Positions 20,503 to 30,996 of a DNA stretch of 64,000 nt are shown in pieces. The DNA comes from a phage: the NCBI GenBank assembly GCA_036439915.1, contig GCA_036439915.1_3065.1. One strand, 5' to 3'. Numbering within the stretch: position 1 is the stretch's first letter; the number at the start of each line of letters is the position of its first letter. The notes beneath the pieces were generated by a model, which was not told the origin of the DNA, did not search any database, and worked only from the letters and a program-made list of their open reading frames with translations. Made by a program: the position numbers and the translations under genes.

Positions 20503-21959
20503 AGACCAGTTACCTCATGAAAATCACCAAATACATCCTCGAATGTATTAGCTTTAGTTTTATCTTCACGTAAACGAATCGCAATCGGAAGAAATAATTT
20601 AACGTAATCAGTGCGGCCATCAGATTTTAACCAACCGTTGCATTCGCACTCTAGAATTTTTCCAATATAATAATTTTGTTTTTCCATAATGCGAGTACGG
20701 TCAAGTTCATGTGATTTTACGCCAGCTTTATCTTTTAAACCTGAACCGGCATTTACTTTAATTTTTCCACACTCTGATTCAAGAATAAATCCACCTGCTT
20801 TAGTAGGATCTTTACGGTGAGGATAAATTCCTACAATTTTTAAATCAACATCAATTACTTCTTTAAATTTATAGAGATTTTTTGAACGAGCATTTTCCCA
20901 CAATCCATCGGTATTTTTGAGAATAATACCTTCAAGACCTTGGTCAATATATTTTTTATAAATTACCTTAGCTTCATCTAGGTTATTTACTACCTGGTTT
21001 TCAATTAAAATTACTTTATCATATCCTGATGTCATTTGTTCTAGTTTAGAAAAACGTACATCATATTTTAAACGAAACGCCGGAAGACCGTATATTTCTA
21101 CCAACGGAACATAATCCCAGACCTGAAACTTCATGCATTTGGCTTCTTTTTCGGAAATGGTTCCTTTTAAGGATTTATTGGCGATTCCATTAGAAGCAGT
21201 ACGAGATTCCGCTACTTCGGCGAATTCTTTAGCTTTACTAATTTCAGGAGCATCAAAAAGAAAATCTAGGCCTTCTGGTTCCTTTTCAACTTGCTCATGG
21301 TATACCAATTCGCCATCAATTAACACACCTTCTGGATGAATCTGGCGGGCTTCAGCGGTCATTTTGATTAACTCTTCCTTAAGAAGATCTAATCCTAGGT
21401 ATTCATTGCCAGCTCGCGATAAAAGACGAACATCATCTAATTCATCACCTCGGACTTCAGCAAAACACCGAGCTCCATCTGCTTTTAACTGCGCAAAAGC
21501 TGGAAATTTGATATTCTTACTAATGCCTTTTTCATCATAAGAACTTGCAAGCATTTGAGGTTGTTCAGGAATTAAACCTGGCCAAACTTTGTTTGCAATA
21601 GATACTGATGCACCGCATTCAAGGTCTCGCATCATCACCCGACGCAAAACTTCAACATCATCTTTTTTACCGTCAGTAATATATCCAGTTAATTCCTCAA
21701 TTGCCGCATTTCCAGTCAATTTCCGAGTAGCTAATGTGAATTCAATGAAGTCAAGCATATCGGTAAGAGTCAACATTCCAAAACTCTGGGTAGCAATACC
21801 AGGTTTAGGCCATTTCTTGATATAATACTGTAACCCACGAGAATAAGTCAGACGATATACTCGTTTGAGCAATTCATTATCTTTATTCTTTTCAAGAATT
21901 GCTTGCTTTTGCTTAGTTGAACCAATAGATGCTATTTCATTCAGAATTTTAAGAATCAT
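20499..21959 (-). CDS. 30: ATP-dependent DNA ligase gp30
   Basis: 486 aa; adenylation motif KADGAR; N-terminus matches recalled T4 ligase. Confidence 0.9.
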   Translation of the reverse strand: MILKILNEIASIGSTKQKQAILEKNKDNELLKRVYRLTYSRGLQYYIKKWPKPGIATQSFGMLTLTDMLDFIEFTLATRKLTGNAAIEELTGYITDGKKDDVEVLRRVMMRDLECGASVSIANKVWPGLIPEQPQMLASSYDEKGISKNIKFPAFAQLKADGARCFAEVRGDELDDVRLLSRAGNEYLGLDLLKEELIKMTAEARQIHPEGVLIDGELVYHEQVEKEPEGLDFLFDAPEISKAKEFAEVAESRTASNGIANKSLKGTISEKEAKCMKFQVWDYVPLVEIYGLPAFRLKYDVRFSKLEQMTSGYDKVILIENQVVNNLDEAKVIYKKYIDQGLEGIILKNTDGLWENARSKNLYKFKEVIDVDLKIVGIYPHRKDPTKAGGFILESECGKIKVNAGSGLKDKAGVKSHELDRTRIMEKQNYYIGKILECECNGWLKSDGRTDYVKLFLPIAIRLREDKTKANTFEDVFGDFHEVTGL

Positions 21960-22225
21960 TGTTCATCCTTTAGAGTTTGGTTTACAGCTCTATTATAAAT
22001 CAATTCATCATTAAGCTCAGGCAAAGACTTATGATATGTAGTTCTAACTTTATTTCCTTGCATCCAGTGCTTGACGTAAATGAAACCTTGTTCTACACAT
22101 TTTTTAAAAATTCGTTCGTCTTTTTGAGCACGGAATTCTGGATTGCATCTAAAAAATTGATTTACGTGACCGTAATCACGTGTAGTATTACCTTCATTTT
22201 CATAAATAGTATGAACAACAAACAT
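21956..22225 (-). CDS. Hypothetical protein (position of T4 30.1)
   Basis: 89-aa ORF coupled to neighbours. Confidence 0.6.
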   Translation of the reverse strand: MFVVHTIYENEGNTTRDYGHVNQFFRCNPEFRAQKDERIFKKCVEQGFIYVKHWMQGNKVRTTYHKSLPELNDELIYNRAVNQTLKDEQ

Positions 22226-23061
22226 TAGAATGCTCCTTGAAAAATATTATCACCACTAGTAGGTCTATTATACAAATACTCTATGCCACCAGGTTTAATA
22301 TAGTTCCATGTCTGAAACGGATATGGATGATATGGATGATATAGATTATAAGGATTAAATCCAGGCGTTCTCCAGGTAGTGTTCCAAGGAAAAGAATCGT
22401 TTTTAACCATCTTCTCAATTACATCTTTTATAGCTTTTTCACTATCAAAATTTTCTTTATTTTCCTTCGGTGAAAAAAGCTTATTTTCTACATCATTCCA
22501 TGTATAAACTCGCTGAGCAGTTTTTGGAATATTGTCACGTTCTCCTCGAGCCATCCAATAAACCGGAACATTTAATATTTCACTCGCGTGGTCGCAGTGG
22601 TGAGCGAGATCGTCAATATAACAAATTACGTTATATTTCTCTTTTGCCTTTTTAAACAACTCTTCTTTTGAAGAATCATGACCACACATCATTACTTCTG
22701 AGAAGGCACCAGGAAAAAGAGCATTCAAATTAAATTGACGATTTAATAGAGCATCAATAGAATCACCCAATGCTGTAACAGCTACAAAATTATAATCTTC
22801 TTTTAATTTGTTAATTACACACAGGGCATCTTTATACGGAGACAAGTAACGAATAAAATCTGAACGATTGTATTTTTCAATTAACTTGACGCCAAGTTCT
22901 TCGTCACAATTAAAGAGTTTACCTGGAGAAATAAATTTCTCATCTTGGATCATTTTTAAAATATGTTCTAATGGAAGATTATATTTCTGAGCAAAATAAG
23001 GAAGGCCTGATTGCCAGCTTAAACATACTCCATCAATATCAGTCAAAATAGTTGGCTTCAT
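22225..23061 (-). CDS. HAD-like phosphatase/nucleotidase-like protein (position of T4 30.2)
   Basis: 278 aa; N-terminal LTDIDGV resembles HAD motif I. Confidence 0.5.
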   Translation of the reverse strand: MKPTILTDIDGVCLSWQSGLPYFAQKYNLPLEHILKMIQDEKFISPGKLFNCDEELGVKLIEKYNRSDFIRYLSPYKDALCVINKLKEDYNFVAVTALGDSIDALLNRQFNLNALFPGAFSEVMMCGHDSSKEELFKKAKEKYNVICYIDDLAHHCDHASEILNVPVYWMARGERDNIPKTAQRVYTWNDVENKLFSPKENKENFDSEKAIKDVIEKMVKNDSFPWNTTWRTPGFNPYNLYHPYHPYPFQTWNYIKPGGIEYLYNRPTSGDNIFQGAF

Positions 23062-23522
23062 AGAGAGTCTCTTAATAGGTTTAACACATCAATAAATTCA
23101 GCTTCGGTTAGTATTGTATCATCTTTTGTTAGACCACTAGCCATGCTGTGCTTCAAAACTTTTCCTTTCGAGGCTTGTAATGCATCACGAAAGCCCCTGT
23201 TTTGGATCGCTGCTTCAAAATATGCATTTGTGTATAATTCTTTCCATGCTGGAGAGTATCTTGAAAATGGAACTCCAAGCCAGAACAACGTGCCACGGTC
23301 CTGAGCTCTAGCATAAGACCTTCCAGCTTGTTGAGCGGCAAGCCCGGATAACCCAAATATACGTCTTTGCTGTTCAACATTTTTCACCTTACACCCTTGG
23401 AGGAATCCTTCGAGACCTCCAAATTGGATACCGTCCATAACAAAAGGCCATTGGGCGAAATTGCTTAATGCACATGATGGCCATCTAAAATTGCTTCTTA
23501 TCTCTAGCTCAGACATTTTCAA
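23058..23522 (-). CDS. NADAR/YbiA-like (DUF1768-like) protein (position of T4 30.3)
   Basis: 154 aa; LSNFAQWPFVMDGIQF...EGFLQGCK resembles YbiA FSNFAAWP...DG...EHYFQAQK. Confidence 0.55.
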   Translation of the reverse strand: MKMSELEIRSNFRWPSCALSNFAQWPFVMDGIQFGGLEGFLQGCKVKNVEQQRRIFGLSGLAAQQAGRSYARAQDRGTLFWLGVPFSRYSPAWKELYTNAYFEAAIQNRGFRDALQASKGKVLKHSMASGLTKDDTILTEAEFIDVLNLLRDSL

Positions 23523-23715
23523 TACTTATAATTTCAACATCAGCCCAATGACCATAGCAAGGAAGACGAAATTCAACTGGCCAGTTAGGGTCCTTTTCTA
23601 ATATAATAGACTTAACTTGTGGTTCTTCATGTTCATCGGTATACGGACCTTTATACGTTACTTTATATGTGACCTTAATGTACTGAATTCCAAAAATCTT
23701 ATTAATTATATTCAT
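23509..23715 (-). CDS. Hypothetical protein
   Basis: 68-aa ORF in tightly packed early-gene run. Confidence 0.5.
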   Translation of the reverse strand: MNIINKIFGIQYIKVTYKVTYKGPYTDEHEEPQVKSIILEKDPNWPVEFRLPCYGHWADVEIISIENV

Positions 23716-23909
23716 ACTAATTCCTTTAATCCGTAAATAGGAGACAATTCATCACCCATACGAAGGTCTTCATTTCCATCTACCCAGGAAACAATATAAG
23801 CCTCTTTTATTTGAACACCACTCCATTTAAATGGAGGTAGAACCTTAGAAATTAATCCAGGTATACCAACTCCCTTTAATTCAACAGTTTGACCTAAAAA
23901 GAATTTCAT
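23712..23909 (-). CDS. Hypothetical protein
   Basis: 65-aa ORF, overlapping start/stop. Confidence 0.5.
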   Translation of the reverse strand: MKFFLGQTVELKGVGIPGLISKVLPPFKWSGVQIKEAYIVSWVDGNEDLRMGDELSPIYGLKELV

Positions 23910-24196
23910 TAGAACCTCATCTGAAAACCATGCGATTTAACATTACCGCCGCCAATATCAGAAATATTAATTTCACGCGCAATTGAAGGGTCAATGTCAA
24001 TTTCACGATTAAGTTTAGCGATAGCTAAAGTATCACGCCCATTTACTGTACGGAATTCTAAAGGACAAACCACATCAACGTAATTTTTAATCGATTCACT
24101 GGTAGGCTGCAAATGAGCAGGAAGGTCTTTAGGTGCCTTTGAGAAAACCACTTCACAAAAATTTTTGCGGGTGTCAAAATAAGTAGTCATAAACAT
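23909..24196 (-). CDS. Hypothetical protein
   Basis: 95-aa ORF preceded by hairpin and SD. Confidence 0.55.
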   Translation of the reverse strand: MFMTTYFDTRKNFCEVVFSKAPKDLPAHLQPTSESIKNYVDVVCPLEFRTVNGRDTLAIAKLNREIDIDPSIAREINISDIGGGNVKSHGFQMRF

Positions 24197-24237
24197 AATA
24201 TTTTCCTCAGTAAGGGGCCGAAGCCCCTCATTTTATT

Positions 24238-24603
24238 TTAAATATCAAATTCGTTAAGAACTACATCAAAGATTGCTTCAAGATGCTCAGGTTTAGCTCT
24301 GTTACTCAGAATATGACGAATCCAAGTTTTAACCAAAAGCTTGCGATTATCACCATTCCAGCAAGGATGAGTCCCTAAATCGCGTTGACGAAAATCATCA
24401 TCTAAAGCGATTTTAAAATTTGAACCTTCCACTGTGATTGAAACCGTGATGCCATTTTCAAATCGCATATAAACGTAGTTAGGAGTCATATACTGTTCAA
24501 TTTCGCATACTGATCCATTTTGATGTTTCCAAAGGCAAATAGTATCAATAGAACCTGCAATACCATTAGAAACATATTTACGTTCAAAGTTGATGTAGTT
24601 CAT
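24238..24603 (-). CDS. Hypothetical protein
   Basis: 121-aa ORF. Confidence 0.55.
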   Translation of the reverse strand: MNYINFERKYVSNGIAGSIDTICLWKHQNGSVCEIEQYMTPNYVYMRFENGITVSITVEGSNFKIALDDDFRQRDLGTHPCWNGDNRKLLVKTWIRHILSNRAKPEHLEAIFDVVLNEFDI

Positions 24604-24623
24604 TTTTGTTCTCCGAGATGTTT

Positions 24624-24669
24624 AATTGCGGTACAGGTATATAATATCATATCCTGTACCAAAGTAAAC
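24624..24669 (-). promoter_or_regulatory. Early-type promoter with its -10 inside an 8-bp inverted repeat
   Basis: Minus GTTTAC, 17-nt spacer, TATTAT; inverted repeat GGTACAGG / CCTGTACC flanks the -10. Confidence 0.4.
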
Positions 24670-24671
24670 AA

Positions 24672-25004
24672 TTATTTTACTACTTTCCAGTGCTTCATGT
24701 CAAGTTTACCGACTTTTTTCATCTTCTCAATTAAGCGTTCGGCACGTTGGCGAGCTGTAACATAATACCATTCACCTAATTCATTTTGTTCAATTTTTCC
24801 AACGATTACTGTATTCAATTCATAAATCCAACCAGTAAAGAAATTATGAACTTGAATTGTAAAGGTGAAATCTGTTCCCATACCTTCTGTTGTTTCTACT
24901 TCAATAATATCACCTTCAACTGCTATTAAGAACCACATAGTTTCGTTATATTCACCATTGAAGCATTTAGCTTTAACTGCAGCGTTCAGATTAATCGTTT
25001 TCAT
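24672..25004 (-). CDS. Hypothetical protein
   Basis: 110-aa ORF with early-type promoter upstream. Confidence 0.55.
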   Translation of the reverse strand: MKTINLNAAVKAKCFNGEYNETMWFLIAVEGDIIEVETTEGMGTDFTFTIQVHNFFTGWIYELNTVIVGKIEQNELGEWYYVTARQRAERLIEKMKKVGKLDMKHWKVVK

Positions 25005-25031
25005 TTTATTCTCCTTTGTTTGTGTAAGATA

Positions 25032-25061
25032 ATACTATCACAAAGGAACCATACTGTAAAC
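25032..25061 (-). promoter_or_regulatory. Early-type promoter
   Basis: Minus GTTTAC, 18-nt spacer, TAGTAT. Confidence 0.4.
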
Positions 25062-25075
25062 AACTTTATGCAATC

Positions 25076-25110
25076 TTTGGAAAATAAAAAAGGACTCCCG
25101 AAGGAGTCCT
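25076..25110 (-). terminator. Intrinsic terminator
   Basis: Stem AGGACTCC / GGAGTCCT with CGAA loop; long U-run on minus strand. Confidence 0.6.
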
Positions 25111-25114
25111 CAAC

Positions 25115-25333
25115 TTATGCTTTCTGCTTACCAAAACGAGAAGCATCATCTCGAAGAACCGCACGTGCTCGGCGCATGATCTTCTCAACAGTTTGATTGA
25201 TACGAGAGTTCGACCCACGCTTGTAGCCAGCGCGTTTAGAATCACCAACTTTCTTTTCAACTGCTTTCTTTGCTTTAGCTTGTTTTGCCATTATAAATTC
25301 TCTTTTAAATGAAAATGCAGGACTTATTGGCAT
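25115..25333 (-). CDS. Small highly basic protein
   Basis: 72-aa ORF (possibly 58 aa from internal ATG); Lys/Arg-rich; terminator follows. Confidence 0.5.
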   Translation of the reverse strand: MPISPAFSFKREFIMAKQAKAKKAVEKKVGDSKRAGYKRGSNSRINQTVEKIMRRARAVLRDDASRFGKQKA

Positions 25334-25534
25334 TGCCTGCGCAAGCCCTCAAGGGGAACATAGGTTTTGGATATTTAACGACAGGATAACCATAAACCCG
25401 TCATCATTCACATTCAAGAGGTACACCATAAAACTGCCGGGGTCTTAAAACTATAATGATTCGCAAATCATTAATCAGACAGTTCGATGGCTCCTCGATT
25501 TTAGCTCACACTAAGGCAGTGAATCTCCAATAAA

Positions 25535-25783
25535 TTACTTCAGTGTTACCACAAAGTGACGAACTGCTTTTCGTGCAGCAGAAGCCAGAGGCTTAGCATA
25601 CTTAAGTTCATCTTTTTCCTGAAGCTCAGCAGCTAATGCAGTTTGAGCAGGATTCAGATGTTTGAAATAACGCAGGATTTCAAGAGCTTCGGCTTCAACA
25701 TCAATAGATGCGCCATAGTTTTCGTGACCATTATTCCATGCGTTTCGTTGCAGTTCAAGAGCGTGTTGTAATTGTTTAATCAT
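25535..25783 (-). CDS. rIII: rIII lysis-inhibition accessory protein
   Basis: 82 aa (T4 rIII length), upstream of gene 31 as in T4. Confidence 0.8.
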   Translation of the reverse strand: MIKQLQHALELQRNAWNNGHENYGASIDVEAEALEILRYFKHLNPAQTALAAELQEKDELKYAKPLASAARKAVRHFVVTLK

Positions 25784-25930
25784 TTAAAAATTCTCGTTAG
25801 AGATTAAAACTCGGTAGTCACGTTCTTCTGAATTTCATCTTCTTTCGACAGATCTCTCAGTTGTAGACTACCACATAGAATTGTTCGGTTAACTTATTAT
25901 TCCGACACCCAATTCATATTATTATTTATA

Positions 25931-26266
25931 TCACTTATAAAGACACGGAATAGCTTTATAGTGACAAGTAACGAATTTTTGTTTAATTTCTTTTGGCTGC
26001 TTAAGACCCAGAGCTACAAAAGGATGCGGAACATTTCGAATTTGACCAACTGGAAGAGAAGTCAAATCACCAACTTCGCAGAAACCTTCAGGAACATCAG
26101 GACCAACAGAGTGAACTACACACAGTTCAGGAACTTCACCTTGAACACGTTTACCGATAATAAGTCCTGATTCTGTAACTTCTTCATCACCGGCTTGTGC
26201 AGGTTCAGAAACTAAAATAACATATTCACCGACAGCACGAATTGGTAGCTGTTGTACTTCAGACAT
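25931..26266 (-). CDS. 31: Co-chaperonin gp31 (GroES analog)
   Basis: 111 aa (T4 gp31 length). Confidence 0.85.
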
Positions 26267-26322
26267 CGTTTTTCCTTTTTGTTAACAGATGAATTAATAA
26301 TAACAAATAATTCTTAAAGCAT

Positions 26323-26631
26323 TTATTTACCAATAAATTGAAGCAAATGCTCAACTTTCATACCATTAACAGAAATCAATTTGTCAATAGAAAAACCTCG
26401 CCACTCGCCAAGCTCAACATCAAATACTGGAATCATATCAGTAGATTCTTTCCGAGCAGATTCAGTCAATTTACCAGTTTGCATGGTTGGCATAAAGTCA
26501 GCATCACGAGTACCTTTCATAGTACGAATAGTACCATCAGACTTTTCAAAAACTACGTTTGAAACACCCATGGACAATTTAGTTTTCAAAATTTCACGAA
26601 TTGCTACTTTCTTTTCAGTTGTCAGTTTCAT
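26323..26631 (-). CDS. Hypothetical protein (position of T4 31.1)
   Basis: 102-aa ORF. Confidence 0.55.
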   Translation of the reverse strand: MKLTTEKKVAIREILKTKLSMGVSNVVFEKSDGTIRTMKGTRDADFMPTMQTGKLTESARKESTDMIPVFDVELGEWRGFSIDKLISVNGMKVEHLLQFIGK

Positions 26632-26868
26632 TTATTTACCTATTACAGTTTTAATATGAGTTGTTCCACGTTCTTTAAGGGTGGAAAGTAATTTTTGGCA
26701 TTTTTCTAAATCAGATTTCCAACTATATGGTCTATCAATACTAGTCCAATCAGTTTTATAATACTGTTTCCATTTAGAGAAAAAATATTTCTTATACTCT
26801 ACAGCAAACGAGATGTTCTCATTAGAATAAGAACTAATTGCTGTGAGCTGTACCAAACGAAATTTCAT
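26632..26868 (-). CDS. Hypothetical protein (position of T4 31.2)
   Basis: 78-aa ORF. Confidence 0.5.
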   Translation of the reverse strand: MKFRLVQLTAISSYSNENISFAVEYKKYFFSKWKQYYKTDWTSIDRPYSWKSDLEKCQKLLSTLKERGTTHIKTVIGK

Positions 26869-27449
26869 TATTCACCACAGAATTCGTTGATATTTTCCCA
26901 GTTTAACTTATTCAAGTTTTTCTTAGGAACATTAAACACTTCAATACCTGCATTTCGCAGAATATCATCCCAGCCAGGTTTATTTTTATCGTATGTTTCA
27001 CAATAAACCAACTTTTTAATTCCAGATTGAGCTATTGCTTTTGCACAATCTGGGCAAGGAGAAAGTGTTACATACATAGTAGCACCTTCAATAGAAGAAC
27101 CATTTCGTGCAGCAAACAAAATTGCGTTTAGTTCAGCATGAATTTCATTTTTAGACGACCATTCAGAGTGAGCGCTACGGTGTTCTTTCGCCAAGACAAA
27201 GCGATCAGTTGAACCAAATGATACGCATTCAGGCTTATGGCCTTGGATAATAGTATGTTTAGGTTTATTCAGCAACCAACCTTGCTCAGCGGCATAATCA
27301 CAACAGTTCACACCACCAGCAGGTGAACCATTATATCCGGTAGAAATAATACGTCCATTCTTTTCAATTACTGCTCCTACCTTCCAGGAGCAACATTTTG
27401 ATTCTTGTGATACTAAATATGCAATTTGAAGTACTGTACTCGCTTTCAT
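26868..27449 (-). CDS. cd: dCMP deaminase
   Basis: 193 aa; zinc-binding deaminase motifs HAELNAI and SPCPDCAKA. Confidence 0.9.
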   Translation of the reverse strand: MKASTVLQIAYLVSQESKCCSWKVGAVIEKNGRIISTGYNGSPAGGVNCCDYAAEQGWLLNKPKHTIIQGHKPECVSFGSTDRFVLAKEHRSAHSEWSSKNEIHAELNAILFAARNGSSIEGATMYVTLSPCPDCAKAIAQSGIKKLVYCETYDKNKPGWDDILRNAGIEVFNVPKKNLNKLNWENINEFCGE

Positions 27450-27784
27450 TTCATAATCACCAGATAAGCAGATTTAGCAGTTTCAACACGATAAATTTCA
27501 TGACGAAGTTTAGTTATACTTTTAATAACAGAACTAATTATATTCTGCCCATCTTTAAAGCGGTTTTTCTTATCAATAAAAATTGCACCAGTCATCTTTT
27601 TGTGAAGCTCAACTGGATACTTCGTCACAATAATAGCATCATACACAGAAGGATGAATACTATTCACCAGAGTATCATTCATTAAAGTTATTCTAATGAA
27701 CTTTGCTGTTTCAGAGTCAAGCGCTCTATGATCGCCAGTATCATTTTCAAGACAATTATCAATTATATCAGTTAAATTCATCAT
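27446..27784 (-). CDS. Hypothetical protein (cd.x region)
   Basis: 112-aa ORF, start overlaps next gene. Confidence 0.5.
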   Translation of the reverse strand: MMNLTDIIDNCLENDTGDHRALDSETAKFIRITLMNDTLVNSIHPSVYDAIIVTKYPVELHKKMTGAIFIDKKNRFKDGQNIISSVIKSITKLRHEIYRVETAKSAYLVIMK

Positions 27785-28017
27785 AGTACGCCATACACCC
27801 TTTGTGCTTCAACTAATCCATCAAAATCTAATTTAAGATGCGATATTTGATCGCCATCACCTGGATTCACAATTACTAATACTGAACGAGGAGTTTCGGT
27901 AATAACACGAACCGATGTTTCAGGAAATCGTTCAGAAATCCTATTTACTAATTCCTGCGCAAATAGTTTAACTTTTTCTTGGAATTCTTTAACAGTAATT
28001 GGTTTTTCACTTAGCAT
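27781..28017 (-). CDS. Hypothetical protein (cd.x region)
   Basis: 78-aa ORF. Confidence 0.5.
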   Translation of the reverse strand: MLSEKPITVKEFQEKVKLFAQELVNRISERFPETSVRVITETPRSVLVIVNPGDGDQISHLKLDFDGLVEAQRVYGVL

Positions 28018-28538
28018 GTTGATCCCAGCTCCTTACTTTCAACGTTTTTAACTAATTTGACAGAAACTAATTCAGCATCTTGGGTAATCATTACCGGACC
28101 TTCTTCATACTCTTCAAGATATTCTAGAGCTTTCTTTTTAGCTTCTTCCTTCGTATCAGTTTGAGCATAGATATAGAACATACAACCAGTAATACCTACT
28201 ACTTTCCACTTAATTTCTTTATCAGTTTTAATTTCAAATTTACTTACAGAATCATCTTTTTGAACTTCTTCGAAAAAAGAATATTCTAACATATAAGCAA
28301 TTGAAAATAACGGGCTAACTTTATAGGATTCACCCATTACATCAACAGCTTTATACCAGCAGTCATCAATTTCGCGTTTAATGCTAATAACATTTTTCGC
28401 AGGGTCAATTTTTACTTTAAATGAATTTTCCCCAATAAACTGGGCAATTCGTTTATTAGCCCCGCAAGTTTCATTAAAAATATCTTTATATCCAGCTTTA
28501 AAGCGATAAACCTTATCTTCTTCAAACCATTCGCTCAT
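28011..28538 (-). CDS. Hypothetical protein (cd.x region)
   Basis: 175-aa ORF with early-type promoter upstream. Confidence 0.55.
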   Translation of the reverse strand: MSEWFEEDKVYRFKAGYKDIFNETCGANKRIAQFIGENSFKVKIDPAKNVISIKREIDDCWYKAVDVMGESYKVSPLFSIAYMLEYSFFEEVQKDDSVSKFEIKTDKEIKWKVVGITGCMFYIYAQTDTKEEAKKKALEYLEEYEEGPVMITQDAELVSVKLVKNVESKELGSTC

Positions 28539-28573
28539 TTCAATTTCCTCATTTGTTTTGGTAGAGCTATAAT

Positions 28574-28603
28574 ATCACAACTCTACCGTAAAGTAAACTA
28601 TTA
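28574..28603 (-). promoter_or_regulatory. Early-type promoter
   Basis: Minus GTTTAC, 18-nt spacer, TATTAT. Confidence 0.4.
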
Positions 28604-28876
28604 AATTGCTTTGAATTCTGATGTCTGTGATTCAAAGCGAATGTCGCCTTTGATAACTAGCTCAGCATCAAGACCGAATACGACAATGATATGCGCTGAA
28701 CCTGGATACAACGTGATGGCAACAGAATCCACCTGGTCTGGAAGCAAAGTATTCAATACATGAGTCACTTGAGCATGGATTCGAAGCTCAGCTGCATTAT
28801 CAAGTTTTTCAAACATATTATTAGCGATAATTTGGCTAAACACTACTTCTACGATTTTAGAGTAAGTCGGAAACAT
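28601..28876 (-). CDS. Hypothetical protein (cd.x region)
   Basis: 91-aa ORF. Confidence 0.5.
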   Translation of the reverse strand: MFPTYSKIVEVVFSQIIANNMFEKLDNAAELRIHAQVTHVLNTLLPDQVDSVAITLYPGSAHIIVVFGLDAELVIKGDIRFESQTSEFKAI

Positions 28877-28878
28877 AT

Positions 28879-29071
28879 TTACCTCACATAATTTTCTTCA
28901 AGCCAATCAATAACATCCAAAGCGTTATCAAAAGTTGAACCATCTACTCTGTCTTCTGTTTCATAATCAAGAACATCTAAGCCTACTCTTCCATCAACAA
29001 TAGGCCATAAACAAAATAGATATTTCTTTTCTTTTTCAATTTTATCACAAAGATGATAAATCTTTTCTAGG

Positions 29072-29079
<8 letters not shown>
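28879..29079 (-). CDS. Hypothetical protein (cd.x region)
   Basis: 66-aa ORF. Confidence 0.5.
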
Positions 29080-30469
<1,390 letters not shown>

Positions 30470-30473
<4 letters not shown>

Positions 30474-30700
30474 TTATTTTTCTCAACCAATGATTGAATA
30501 TAATCATGCAGGTCTTTAGATGCTTTACCCCACTTATTTTGATATTCATTTTTGAGATTAGCGCGTGATTGAGCTAATAAAACATCATTAGTTGGAGGTA
30601 AAGATTCTAATCGTTGAATCTGTCGTCCATAAATCATTGCAGCCATCTCGGATTCATAAATTAATCCTTTTAGATGTTCAAATTGATACCATGAAATCAT
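30470..30700 (-). CDS. Hypothetical protein
   Basis: 76-aa ORF. Confidence 0.5.
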
Positions 30701-30996
30701 TTACATTTATCCTCTTTTAGCTCTTGGCGATAATAACATATCATAGTTTTCTGGTCATGTACATATCGTTTTACATCATTAAGCCAAATACGAAATTCCT
30801 GAGAATCTTCAAATGGCATACCTACCCAAGCTTTACCATCAATAACTTTAACTTGCCAAGATAGTTTAGCTTCGTCATATGACTTTATTTGCACAGGCCA
30901 ATTAGGATGAACTGTTTCTTTCTTTACTTCTAGAGGCTTTGTCGAACAACCAACTAGAAGACCAATAGATAATATTACTGCAGATAATTTAATCAT
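30697..30996 (-). CDS. Putative o-spanin (outer-membrane lipoprotein)
   Basis: 99 aa; signal peptide with lipobox LLVGC; directly downstream of i-spanin-like gene. Confidence 0.6.
   Translation of the reverse strand: MIKLSAVILSIGLLVGCSTKPLEVKKETVHPNWPVQIKSYDEAKLSWQVKVIDGKAWVGMPFEDSQEFRIWLNDVKRYVHDQKTMICYYRQELKEDKCK

Noticed and set aside
25334-25534. tRNA gene in the rIII-downstream spacer
   Set aside because: No acceptor-stem / T-arm pattern found by eye; only a simple hairpin. Left as an unexplained spacer.
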